The position numbers and the translations under genes are program-made. Under the pieces are notes generated by a model that worked only from the letters and a program-made list of their open reading frames with translations, was not told the DNA's origin and did not search any database. 64,000 nt of DNA from Rhina ancylostomus (Eukaryota). Positions 25,691 through 38,433 of the stretch are shown one piece after another. The stretch covers positions 99,422,846 through 99,486,845 of the forward strand of contig JARFYF010000074.1 in NCBI GenBank assembly GCA_030265395.1. Reading direction: 5' to 3'. Numbering within the stretch: position 1 is the stretch's first letter; the number at the start of each line of letters is the position of its first letter.

Positions 25691-28600
25691 ACCCCAACAA
25701 CACCTCCCCATGGCTGGGAGTCAGCTGGCACTGAACCTAGCTGCCTATGCTCCCTGGCACATGTAAGTGATTGACAGGAACAGAGCAATCAGGGTGCATG
25801 CCTGGCACTCTCCTCAATTCCTCTTCCAGCCATTGCCTGTTTCTACATTTATATTTAGATTCCCAGGTAATACATCCATGAAATCTCATTAGGGCAAGTT
25901 TTCCAAACAATCGCTGTGGTGGTCTCAAAGGGTTAAGACCACACTATCAGTGGTCAGCAGTGTTGCTCCTACTTTTTCTCACTCTAGCTGAACGTTTAAC
26001 CACTGCTCAGTGGATTTTAATGGCATCTTTATTTTTACTGTTCACTGACTCAGGTTCAATCTCCTACAACTAGAAAATTCTTTGATTTTTACATCATTCC
26101 TCACAAAGAAATCCCTGTGTTCCTGACTCTGTCACCCCACACAGGAATCCTGCCCAAATACATGCCCTGTCATCCATTCAACTCTCATTCTTTACAAGAC
26201 TAGGTTGTTGACTGAGTACATTCCACACATGACTTTCACTGCTTTTGCACACACTAGGCCTGAATGCCAAGTGACCCTTTCCCAGCCTAGATTTCCAGAA
26301 GGTACAACTCCTTTGTATCAAGTCGACATTACTTAATGAGAAATGAGCATGCCCAGAATCCTGCTAACACCAAACTCCGACTTGTGATTCCAGCACAAAT
26401 GAAGGTTGGTCTCACTTATATGGTTCATTCTGAAATCAAAAAGAGGTATAAAGCCTCTTTCACACATTTTACATGTAGCATTTCTAATGCAACTAATTTT
26501 AGAATGTAAGAGTACAGTGAAATCACACGAAGAGTTATCTCTGTTAAGAACATTTAACATGGTTACATTATGGAACACTCACCAATCACCTTGGCAACAG
26601 CTACCCAGTAGATCTAGAGATCTGATACAGGGTTTTGACCTGGAACATTGATAATTCTTTTCCCCCCACAGATGCTGCTTTCCCCACTGAGTTCCTCCAG
26701 CAGATTGTTTGTTGCTCTGGGTTCCAGATCTGCAAGTGTCTGGTGTCTCCAGATCTCTCTGGGAGGGGCTTCCCTTTCCCAGCAGTTGCCCTCAGGTGAT
26801 TCCTGATGTCCAGCAGTTGTGATACCATCAGCCCGCCAAGTCGTCAATCACATCAATGGGTGCAACCTACAAATCATTACATTTTACAAACTTTCTGAAC
26901 TTTACACAGAATAGTGATCACTACAAATACACGATTAAGGAAAAGGCAGAACTGTCATAAACAAACAAAATAACCTATTATTGTAACACTGCAGAATTGT
27001 GAAAAAAAATTAATGATGAAATGATAATCCATTTAAAAATGACCAATCTTTAAGGGACAGGGGTTTTTAAGTAGTAATTAAAGTTAAGTTACAATTAAAA
27101 ACTAGGAAAGTGCAATACTCTCAGAACTTTTTTTAAAACATTGAAAGTTTGTGAATATTTGAACATTTGCCCAGTTCACCAGATTTCCTGCTGAGAAACT
27201 TCAAAATAACGCATGCTGTGAGAGAATGTGGAATCACCACCAATATCTTTGTGTTTAACTACAGATGTCCATCCATTTTATGTTCCTGTATCGCCTTTAC
27301 TATCCTTGGAAATTCCAGGCTCCTAACCCATTCCCACACTTCCTAACTCAGCAGCCCAACTCAGTCAGGATTGCAAACTCAGTCTTGTTGGAATATCAGT
27401 AGTAATTTCAACAGATTCCAACCCACTGAGCTGTCTGCAGAACAGTTGTCGAGAGTCTGTGCCCACTTGCTGTGCCAACTATACTGCAACAAAACAGGTG
27501 TTTACTATTAATTAGTCTGATAAAATACCCCTGCCATGACTCCCCCTCCATCCCCAGGCAGAGAGCTGATCAATCCTCTGTAAATATTGGGATCCAGGGT
27601 GTAAATGGTATTTAAGCACCAGATGGTTTGCAATGTTCTGTTGACACTGTCCTGATGGCTTGGATTTGAGACAGTAGCTTAGTTCCTGCGGGAGGTGGTG
27701 AGGGAATTGATTCATGTGAGTTTCCCAGACAGAAATAATGCTGCTGGCTCTGGATCTACACTCCAGTGAGGCCAGGAATGGATTTGGAAATTCAAGTTAA
27801 CAATGTCATTTTGCACCTAATGAAGGTAATGTTTAGTTATTATTACACCTCCCATGCCCACCTCTCCAAACCCACCTCCCCAATCCCATCACCCAAAGCC
27901 TCACCTCCCCAATCCTACCCCGCCCAACCCACCTCTACAACCCCATCTCAAGCAGGCCCACCCCACTACAACCCGTCCTCCCACATTTCCACCTTTCAAT
28001 AGCTCCTGTTTTCAGAGCACAGCAATAGGCCCGTCAGCCCCCTGTGTCCATACAAACCCATCTACACTAACCTCACTTACTTGGTCTGCAGCCTTCTATG
28101 CCTTAGTACTTACAGTAAATGTTGTGAGATTGTCCTCCTCCACCCCTACTCAGGTGTGTGTTCCAGCAACCCCTCTCAGATCCTTCCAATCAGAAATTAA
28201 TACATTTTATTTTTGAACAAAGGCTATTTGCACAGTTTGGAGAATCTGGGACTAGGGGCTGATTTTGAAAATGAGACCTGGATTTTGGGAGTAAGCTCAG
28301 AAACACTTCTATACACAAGGGATGGAGATATTAGAAACTCTTCTACAAACAGTTGATGATGAGTGAATTGTTCATTTTAAATCCAAGATTGATACATTTT
28401 CATTAACCAAAGTTATTGGCTATCACCCAAGCTGATAACTTGCTGCTGATGTTGTAAGTGCTTCCTCTCCTCATTAGGTAGTTCCCCTTCCTTACAAAAC
28501 TTCTATGATCTGCTACCCTCGGAATGCCCGACCCCACCTTCCCCTTTTCCACATACGTTTCATCTCCAAATCTATTGTTTTCCTGCAATTCCATGACTGG

Positions 28601-29227
28601 ATGTTTCCAATCAGGTTACCACCACTGTCTCAGCACTGAAACAGCCAAGGCCAATGTCAAAGGTGCCAGCTTCGGGGCCCATGATGAACAACACCTCTTC
28701 ATACTGCAGGGTGGTCCACGCCATCCAACTCCAACATTCTGCGCTGTCCAGTGTCTCCCTCTCTATCGTCCTTCCCCCACCTGCCCCCGCCCCCCACACC
28801 AAAACCTGGTCTTATTTTCTCCAATAGCATCCAGTGTGCCATCAGCAATGGTTTCTCTTCCTGCCTCTGACTGTGCCCAAAATCTCCTCATTTTGCTCCC
28901 TCAGAAACATCAGCCAAGGACGGAGAACAAAAAGGGTTAGGGAGAGGGATTAGTTCAATCTTTTCATCAGTCATAAACAATCTCACTGGAAGGAGATGAG
29001 ACAGCTGCACAAAAGACTAAAAGTGTCGTCACAGAACAGACAAGAGTCACCTGAGTAGCCTGTCTAATGGTTTGATTCATAGAGGGGTTAAACTTTGTCT
29101 CATATTGTTGAAAGGTACACAAACAAACAAAGCAATGCAAATGTAAAATACGGTCTTCAACAAAATCTGATTTACAACTGGTGGAGGATTACAGAGAAAG
29201 GTGCCATTAATGAAGACATGAGAGATG

Positions 29228-29468
29228 GCAGATGCTGGAAATCTGGAGCAACACGCAAAATGCTGGAGGAACTCAGCAGGTCAGGCAGCATCCATGGAGG
29301 GAAATGAACAGTCAGCGCTTCGGGTTGAGATCCTTCATCAGGTCAGGCCTGATGATTATATATATATCAGGATGAAGATCAGTCTCAGCCTGAAACACCG
29401 ACTGTTCATTTCCCTCTATAGATGCTGCCTGACCTGCTGTGTTCCTCCAGCATTTTGTGTGTGTTGCT
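29228..29468. repeat. Long inverted repeat of Penelope-associated terminal repeat
   Basis: Arm 29247-29341 is reverse-complementary to 29370-29468, around an inner cctgat-(AT)n-atcagg spacer. Confidence 0.85.
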
Positions 29469-30935
29469 GCAAATAGAAAAAAGGATATCAGTGTCATCTG
29501 TGACGATGTTTCATTCTTCTATGCAGCAATTTCTAATGCATCACGTTCTTGCATTTATGTGTAATTTTCATACAGGGCACAGATATCAGTGGTCCTTTCA
29601 CTATCACATAGATATTTATAGGGGTAATATGTCAAGGAAAAGGGTTAATCCTCTGTTAAAATAGGCTCTGCTTCAGGAATAAACTGGATTCTTGCAAAAA
29701 CAAGGCCGATGGTTCAGAATCCATCTTCCACTGGTGTACTAGTGCAAAAATGCTGCTGGAAGAATCACATCTCATGTCCTATTTGCAGGACCATGAGAAG
29801 AGTACTTTTCACATTATACTACATATTTATTCCATTCCAAATTAATTTTTGAAAAATTGAATTATATTCTACTTATTGCCTGTGAATGAAATTATGTCCT
29901 GTTGAAGCCCTTCTCTCCACCCCCTTAAATAACCAGTATTGGTTGGTTCTAAGAGGTGATGTAATGCTTTAGGCTAATTGACCTACTGCAGTAAAGCAAT
30001 ATTCCTGATCTTGTACATGTTATTTATAGCCTTGATTTAATAGACCTGTTCAAAATTCCATTTTCTGCTGAAAGAGCTGTTTGGGAAAATGTCTGAAGCT
30101 CACAATATCTCCTCAGTTCAAGGGCACGTTTACAAAATGCATCGACACGGGGTAATAGATAATGCCAATTGCATTATCTGTGTAGATGGGGGTGTAGTAA
30201 ATTGCTCCTATGTCTTGCACATGGGATGATAATTAGGACCAGGCACATGAGGATTTTCTAGATCAGTTGTAACAAGATTTCTCTGGATAATTCTTACTAC
30301 CCCTAACCTCCTCCACACCCCCCGCTTAATTTTATTCTTTCCTTAGTGCAAAGACTTCAGCTGATGCAGTGTGCACCTAGATAGCTAATTTTGGGCGGAA
30401 ATTTGACTGACTGCATTGTCACCTGCGGCAAGGAGGGATGTTAGAGCTGAAAATGATTTGTCTCTGCCCCAGTGCTCTACAGCAGAACACTTTGCAGCAG
30501 AGGTTGCTGGGGAAAGATTGCGAATACGGTTCATTTTCAATCCCTGAGCTCAAACTTACTGAGGTGATGGAAACCTGTCCACCTTCACTGTTTCTGTTGC
30601 ATGTAGATAGCTTGGTACATATTAATTTTCAATCCAAGCATTTCTATAATTTGTGTCATGTGTTTGTGCACATCACAGTAATAGTGCTAAAATACCATGT
30701 TGACATTTAAATAAAACAGTGGGTTTGGCTGCTTACGTTTTGGATATTTCTGGTGGCCACTCAGTTTGGGTATAATTTAGGAAAAACAGATTTGCAGAGG
30801 TGAAAAGAATTATCATTATAATTCTGTGGTTTCTGCTCTGCAGAGTAGTGACCTTTTGGTTCATTTGCATTCCAGCTATGTGCCAAGTGGTAGCAGTCCA
30901 TGCCAGCCCATATCCAATGCAGTAGCTCACAAGTA

Positions 30936-31225
30936 CAGGGGCTCCCTGGGATACAAATGACCTGACTTATGGAAATCCAACTTTGCACAAATTCTCCTGT
31001 ACATTTTTTTTAAGCATTTCTCAAGTTTGTAATAATAATAAAATGTTTCATGGTATTCATTAATGATTGGATATTCCATTAATTTAATTAGGTTAGTATT
31101 AGGGGATTATTCAATGAAATGAAAGAATTATAGCAAATGTATGTTTGATATGATATGGGTAGCTATAGAAAATGGACGTTTCTAACTTACGGAGAAATCG
31201 GCTTATAGACAGTTCTCAGGAATGG
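30936..31225 (+). mobile_element. Possible Tc1/mariner (Tigger/pogo-like) non-autonomous remnant
   Basis: TA|caggggctccctgggatac...gacttatg left end and ctaacttacgga...cttatagacagttctcaggaatgg subterminal right end; right terminal repeat missing. Confidence 0.3.
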
Positions 31226-34200
31226 AGAAGTAGTGCCTGAATGGATGTATTTAAAATATAATCCTCTTTAGAGAAATAGTAATGAGATGAATGCACATTG
31301 ATTAACAGCAAGTTATTGGACATTCAAAAGCATATAATCAGGAATTCAGTTTTGTGGTTTTAAGATCAATTATGTCTCACCTGAAATGATAACATTATAC
31401 ATAATACATATTATACATCAAATCTATTTTCTTCATATGGTATTAGTAAGTTAAATCTGGAGTGACAATGTTTGGATTTATAATGTGTTGGAGATGATAG
31501 AGTTCAGTTTCTTTCACCATTGGCTCAGTTGAAAGAGTAAATATCTGTTTTGCTAAATATGGACCTACTAAGATTCATAGAGCTTTATTATCTTTTGCAA
31601 AATGGCATCATGCAAGAGATTTCCAAAATAAGTACATGATTTGTTGATATTAAAGGGGTAACAAAAAATTAACGTGATCTGAGGTTTACTGTCTTCTGCA
31701 TTTTGTGGCAGGGAGGTTGGCACGAGGCAATCTTTTATTTGGATAGGATAAGAAAAGCTGAAAAATTAAGCAGATTAATGAGCTAGAATATGACAAACAT
31801 TGAAGTTGGTAGGTCTATTTTGCAGTTTGTTTAAAAAGTATAACTTGTATATTTGTTGGTTGTTATTGAATGAAGCTTGTGAACATGGCTGAATGTTTAA
31901 TAAGTGTTTATTTTGGAAACCAGTCTTTATGCTTCTTACAGTATGAGGAGGAAGAAGAAGGAAGGATTGGTGGGTATAATTGGTAGTTGATCCAAAAGAT
32001 TGGATTGGAAGATATTAGATGAGTTCTAGCAATGGAGAAGTAGTGCCTGAATGGATGGCTAGCAGTGAGGAATACCTGTATCAGAGGAGTGAAGAGTGAA
32101 ACATAAGATTGCATTCAATGGGGTAGAGTAGGACAAGGCCAAGGATCCAACTGTGGGAAGGGCAGGAATTTTATCATTGGTACAGGAAGTCAGTGTTTCT
32201 GTATGTAAGATTTTTTTTCGTTAATTCCAAATTGTATTCATGATAATATAGTACAGAATACAGGTGTCAGTATGTACGATTGCTTGAAGATTTGATGGCA
32301 TAATGCCTGATGATTTACTTGGGCAAAATGTTAGTAATTTGGTTTCTATTGGCATTCCCAATTTCAAACTTGGAGGCTCTTTCCTGGCATCAGGCATTAT
32401 CATTTGCAGCTTAATTTTTTGAATATATCATGAGAGTAGGAAGGGGTTAATCTTTAGCACTATGATCAGAGTACTGTTGAACATGAAACTGTATGATAGA
32501 AGTGAGGATTTACTAGGAAAAAGCATGTTTTCTGTTTTGGGTTTTTCTGTGAGACATTAAGAGAGATGGCAGAAAGGATGGGCAAAGGTCTACTTTCTTC
32601 GCTAGTGAATCTTTGCCCTGGATCAGCCTTTGGGCTGTCCTTTCACTGATCACAATTGTACTGGGCCTCTGCCTTTCAAATCTCATTATTCTTGGGGAAA
32701 GGGTTGTGTGCATTTGTGCAATTTGGGCAATGCAACACAGTACCAATCTTCTTTACAGGAAAAATAGTGTATAGGATTACTGTTGTCCTCAAGGTCAATG
32801 CGCCATTAATCAGAATCTCATCTGAATCAGCCACACACTATGGCTACAAAGCAGGTCCAAGGTGGGGCATTGAGGAGCGAGTGTCTCACCACATGACACC
32901 CCAAGGCCCTTCCATTAGCTGCAATGTACACATTAGAAGTTTGAAGGAGTATAGTGTTCAGCAACATTGAAGTTCAACATCATCCAGGGCAATGCTGACT
33001 GTTTGATTGGCAGTCCATCCACCAGCCTAAATATTCACCCTCCACCATAGGCATAACATAGTTGCAGCGTAGACCGTTTACAAAATGCACTTCAGTTACT
33101 TAACTAGACTATGCCTCCCAAACCTGTGTCCTTTAGCACCAAGGATGGCAAGGGAACTGGGTGCATCGGGACACCAACACACTATCCTGACTTAGAAATA
33201 TATCCCTGTTCTTACATTGTCACTGTTTAACTCCTGAATTTCCCCAACTATTAACACTGTAAAGTACTGCAGCTGTACAAGAAGGTGGAACAGTGCCTCC
33301 TTCTGAGGGGCAATTAGAGGTGGGAAACAAATACTGTATCTGTTAAATGAATTAAGATGAATTGTTCAGTTTTACATCTAATTTTTACTGTTGGACTCAA
33401 TTTGCCAAAATTCTCTCCAAACCACTTTGGATGATCCTGCCCACTGATTACATAACAACTGTGCCTAATCTACTTGGAGGCATCTCCCTGGTGTTCTATG
33501 GAATCTGCCAGAGTGCAGGAAAATTGAATGAGAATGAATCTTCCTCTGAATGTTCTCTTCCTCTCAGTGGTGTGTTCCTGAGTTCAGTTCCGATAAAGGG
33601 TCTTTGACCTGAAATATTAAGTCTGTTTGTCTTTCCACAGATACTGCATGACCAGCATTTTCTGTTGTATTTCAGATTTCCAGCAGCTGCAGTTTTTTAT
33701 TTTCAATCTTGTGTCCGCTCCTACAGTTCAAGTTGAGTTTGCACATTGAGTATGTGGCGTCTTATCAGGATGAATTCATGTCTGGGGCTACATACCCAGA
33801 GGTCATGGCAACTATTAGCTTTGATATTATTATCTAGTTATTTTTGTCACAAGCTTATCTCTCATAATAATGACATATAGGCAGAAAAATGATTCAGAAA
33901 GCAGATAACAGCAGGAACTAAACAGTTGGTGTCTGTGTTGAGTATCAGCAGAGGCCAGGTGGCCCTCTTAGTAATGTTTCCTTAATGTTTTTCTCTCTGT
34001 GGTGGCTTGCAAGGGCTAATATTCCCAAATGAATTCCTTGAAAATCCTAATGTGGTGTTTCAAGTCAAGCTATGTAAATTTCACAGTACAGAANNNNNNN
34101 NNNNNNNNNNNNNNNNNNNNNNNNNNNNNNNNNNNNNNNNNNNNNNNNNNNNNNNNNNNNNNNNNNNNNNNNNNNNNNNNNNNNNNNNNNNNNTGAATTG

Positions 34201-35230
34201 ATCTATATGAACGGTATGCAAGACAAGTTTTTCACTGTACAAGTGACAATAATAAACCAATACCAATATTCTGTGCTCTTGTCCAATAAAAATTGTCTGT
34301 TAAATGTGTATCCTTGCCCAATTCATTTCAGCTGTTAGACTTACTGAAGACTACACTTGCTCTTGTGTTCCAGCCTACAAGAGAACAGAAGACCAGTTGG
34401 TATTTTGTGTAGGTCATATGCTATATTTGGAATGAAAGATGGTAATATTATACTTGGAAACATCAATATGGTAATATTATATGAAGAAAATCAATAAATG
34501 AGATATTTAGGTTTTCTTTTGTAGTTCCTTTTTAAGTAGTTTCTCAGTGGTATTTGAACACAATTAACCAAAAGCAAGACTGAACACTGAGCTAAGTTGG
34601 CAATTTTTTGAACATATATGTGGTGAGATTTTTTTTTAAATGCAGATTATCAAGATCCAGAATACCCTATGTGAAAGGGTAGTGGAAACACAACTTAAGA
34701 ACAAGATTTGGACAAATATATCAAAGGAAAAATTTAACAGGGATATGGGTAATGAGCAGGAAACTAACACAAAAATTGTCAGCAAAGGCTTGCAGCTGTT
34801 ATTCCACATTCTGGAAATTACTTCAAACATTTAATTACTACCATATTCCTCTGTGGAAAATTGAGGAGAATATTAGTAGAATTGCACAGAAAAAATAAGT
34901 ATCTGATTCTTATTGTGTTATTCTGCTCTGATTTTCCTGGCTAACATCAAGTGTATATTTTTCACTTGTGCTTATTACATAATTGGACTCGCTAGTCTAA
35001 ATCGAGAACACAACAGAAGAAATTAAAGAAGAGAAAACCAGATAACACCAGGTGAAATATTACAATTGCACACAAATTTATTAACTTGTGTTAAACTGCA
35101 AGAATAATTTGCTTGAACTTTGTAAATGAACGAAACTGATGGCATGCTAATGTTATGTTGACTTGAATATTCTGTGTTTGTATCTTTCAGAAATATTATA
35201 AGTACATTTTTGAAGTAAAACACCAAAGTT

Positions 35231-35582
35231 TCCCGTCACACACTCCTGGGGTCAGACACAGGGTGAAGCTCCACCTGCACCGTCCCGTCACACACTCCCG
35301 GGGTCAGACACAGGGTGAGGCTCCCCACGCAACGTCCCGTCACACACTCCTGGGGTCAGACACAGGGTGAAGCTCCCCCTGCACCGTCCCATCACACACT
35401 CCCGGGGTCAGACACAGGGTGAGGCTCCCTCCGCACCGTCCCGGGGTCAGACATAGGGTGAGGCTCCCTCCGCACCGTCCCGTCACACACTCCCGGGGCC
35501 AGAAACGGGGTGAGGCTCCCTCCGCACCGTCCCAGGGTCAGACACGGGGTGAGGCTTCCTCCGCACCGTCCTGTCACACACT
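35231..35582 (+). repeat. 52-bp GC-rich minisatellite, about 7 units, running into a gap
   Basis: Unit cccgtcacacactcccggggtcagacacagggtgaggctccctccgcaccgt; some units lack the gtcacacactccc block. Confidence 0.92.
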
Positions 35583-36939
35583 NNNNNNNNNNNNNNNNNN
35601 NNNNNNNNNNNNNNNNNNNNNNNNNNNNNNNNNNNNNNNNNNNNNNNNNNNNNNNNNNNNNNNNNNNNNNNNNNNNNNNNNNGCAATTATTAGGAATAGA
35701 TTGTCAACAGAGTTTTAGGATTGCTTCTTTGTTGTTATCTACCTTCCTCAAAGCACTAGCAGGATACCACTAATGCTATCTCTGCAAAGCCCTCCAAATC
35801 CACTGTAAGGATAAATGAACCACTGCCAGCATCCTCAATCAGGCCAATGTCCCCAGCTCTAAGACCTGAATTACACCTGGTTGGCTCTGCTGGTTATTTT
35901 CATGCTCAATGCCAGACCCTTGAAACAGACTTTCTACTTCCAGACTCTGTCATAGGAAGAAGATTACCAGGCAAAGATTCAAGGATGAAGACATAAGAGG
36001 CTGCAGATGCTGGAATCTGGATCAACAAATAATCTGCTGGAGGAACCCAACAGTTCAAGCAGCATCTGTGAGGGGAGAGGAATTATTAACGTTTAGGGTT
36101 GAAACTGTGCATCAGGACAAAGATTTAAGGGTGTTCTCCAAAGCATGTTCTCAGAAAATGCAACCTCCCCACTGACTCCTGCAAAGCCCTGGCCCGTAGC
36201 AACTCAAAGTGGAGAACAAGCATTCAGGCTGGTAATGAGAATCTTGAGTCCGTGCATCTACAGCACACAGAAGCCCAACATAAATGACAGAAGGAGCGCA
36301 CCACATCCAAAACTACTCATGCACCCTTCCCATCAGCAGCATCTGTCCCATCTGAGGTATGTCTGTGGGTACCACATTGACCTCATCAGTCAGACCAGAG
36401 TGGAACCAAGATCTTGTCTAAGAAGTGAACGATAGAACTGATGTCTAATGTACATTCAGTGAAAAGAGTGATGATTTACTTTATCTTGCTACATGCATGT
36501 GAGTAGTAAAACATGTTGGATTGGCTCAATGTTGAAACATGCTTTTAGTTTTTTTTATATTCAAACACCACTGGGATTCAGATTATTTATGGTTGATTCT
36601 CGGCTGGAGTATAAAAAGTGTTTCATATTAATATATCTTCCTTCAGAAATATTGAAGAATCCCTCCATATGAAAGTATTAATAAAGAAATCTACTCTATT
36701 AACATCTCATTCTCCATTCTAATCATTCATTCCCTCCATATTTTGTACATGGCAAGGACAATTTTTGTTTTGGTGGATGGCCATGAAGGGGAGAGGGAGG
36801 ATGGAGGGTGTGAAGAGAGAAAGAGAGAAAAGAGCAGTGGGCAAGGCATCCAACCCAAGCTCACTTTGTGTGCGCGCGTGTGTGTGTGCACCACTGGTGC
36901 AAGGCCTCTCATGCACAGTCCCAATGGTGTCAGATCTGA

Positions 36940-37620
36940 ATGTCACTCCATCATCATCACCTGGGAACTCAGATGTTTGGACATTAACATCATGACTGAC
37001 AGGAAGAGCCTGGTTTAAAGAAGCAATTGGGTACACCTTCTTCTGGATGGGCAAACTAGAGTAGGAACGCTATCTTCATGGAGTGAGTTTTACTAATGTT
37101 GTTTGGGTGTACAAAGAGGGAATCTGATGTCTCAATGACTACCCCTCCATCAAGTGAACAGAATGATTATTAAGTTTTCCCAACACTGAACCAACAGACT
37201 AATGTCTTCAGTATAAGCCCAGCCCTGGAAGCTTCAAATGAGGCTAAGAAGGGCTTACTTTGATCAAGAAAATTTGGATTTGCATCTCAGCAAGAGACAC
37301 TCTGATCCTGCTGGGTGACTTCAGTGCCAGGATGGGAAAAGATGCAACCTCCGGAAAGGTGTGATTACCAAAGAGGAAGCAGATAGGACAAATTCCAACA
37401 TGGTGGTCCTCCTGTAAAAATGTTTGGACCATAGTTTTGTCATAACCAACACCTTCTTTCGTCAGAGATTCAAGTACAGCACCTCATGGACCACTCCTGG
37501 ACTATGCACTGGCACCTGTTGGATTGTGTTGACATCCGAGCAAGAAACCAAAAGAATGTCCACATGAGTTGTGCCATTACAGATACTGATGACTACTGAT
37601 TTGGTTACTGCATTTCCACT
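36940..37620 (+). mobile_element. RTE-clade LINE endonuclease remnant
   Basis: GYTFFWMG, LILLGDFSARMG, VITNTFF and HWHLLD motifs across frameshifts. Confidence 0.7.
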
Positions 37621-37647
37621 GCTATGCCCAAACATTAGTATCAAGGT

Positions 37648-37719
37648 GGTCCCATGGTGTAATGGTTATCACCCTGGACTTTGAATCCAGCGATTTGAGT
37701 TCAAATCTCGGTGGGACCT
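37648..37719 (+). tRNA. tRNA-Gln (anticodon TTG); gene or slightly diverged copy
   Basis: 72 nt, GGTCCCATGGTGTAATGGTT...CTGGA-CTTTGAA-TCCAG...GAGTTCAAATCTCGGTGGGACCT. Acceptor and anticodon stems pair, the T stem has two G-U pairs, and a TTTT terminator lies at 37726-37729. Confidence 0.88.
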
Positions 37720-37729
37720 CACAAATTTT

Positions 37730-38025
37730 GGGCAGGCACAGTAGTGTAGCAGTTAGCATATTATTACAGCGCCAGCAACCCTGGTTCAATTCCAGACACT
37801 GTCTATAAGGAGTTTGTATGTTCTCCCTGTGTCTGTGTGGGTTTCCTTTGGGTGCTCCGGTTTCCTCCCACATTTCAAAGACGTACGGGTTAGGAAGCTG
37901 TGGGCGTGTTATGTTGGCGCCGGAAGCATGGTGACACTTGCGGGCTACCCTCAGAAAACACTCTATGCAAAATGTGCATTTTACTGTGTGTTTTGATGTA
38001 CATGTGACCAATAAAGAGATCTTAA
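37730..38025 (+). mobile_element. tRNA-derived V-SINE (HE1-like) with Rex1-type 3' tail
   Basis: A/B-box head (ggcacagtagtgtagcagttagc...ggttcaattcc), V-domain core gtgtgggtttcctttgggtgctccggtttcctcccaca, tail ...gtacatgtgaccaataaa. Confidence 0.75.
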
Positions 38026-38433
38026 CAGAAACATAGCTGCTGCAAAGATCAATGTTGAAGCTCTCAAGAACCTTTTCTTTCTTTCTTTTTCAATCTTTTT
38101 TATTGGTTTCAAATCAATACAANNNNNNNNNNNNNNNNNNNNNNNNNNNNNNNNNNNNNNNNNNNNNNNNNNNNNNNNNNNNNNNNNNNNNNNNNNNNNN
38201 NNNNNNNNNNNNNNNNNNNNNNNNNNNNNNNNNNNNNNNNNNNNNNNNNNNNNNNNNNNNNNNNNNNNNNNNNNNNNNNNNNNNNNNNNNNNNNNNNNNN
38301 NNNNNNNNNNNNNNNNNNNNNNNNNNNNNNNNNNNNNNNNNNNNNNNNNNNNNNNNNNNNNNNNNNNNNNNNNNNNNNNNNNNNNNNNNNNNNNNNNNNN
38401 NNNNNNNNNNNNNNNNNNNNNNNNNNNNNNNNN

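Noticed and set aside
27766-28216. Proline-rich ORFs
   Set aside because: Low-complexity C-rich sequence with no splice or domain support
21013-38430. Possible third receptor gene or extra exons in the 17-kb intergenic region
   Set aside because: No FnIII, TM or signal-peptide exon with compatible splice sites was recognised. The acceptor-like site near 31940 has no supportable reading frame.
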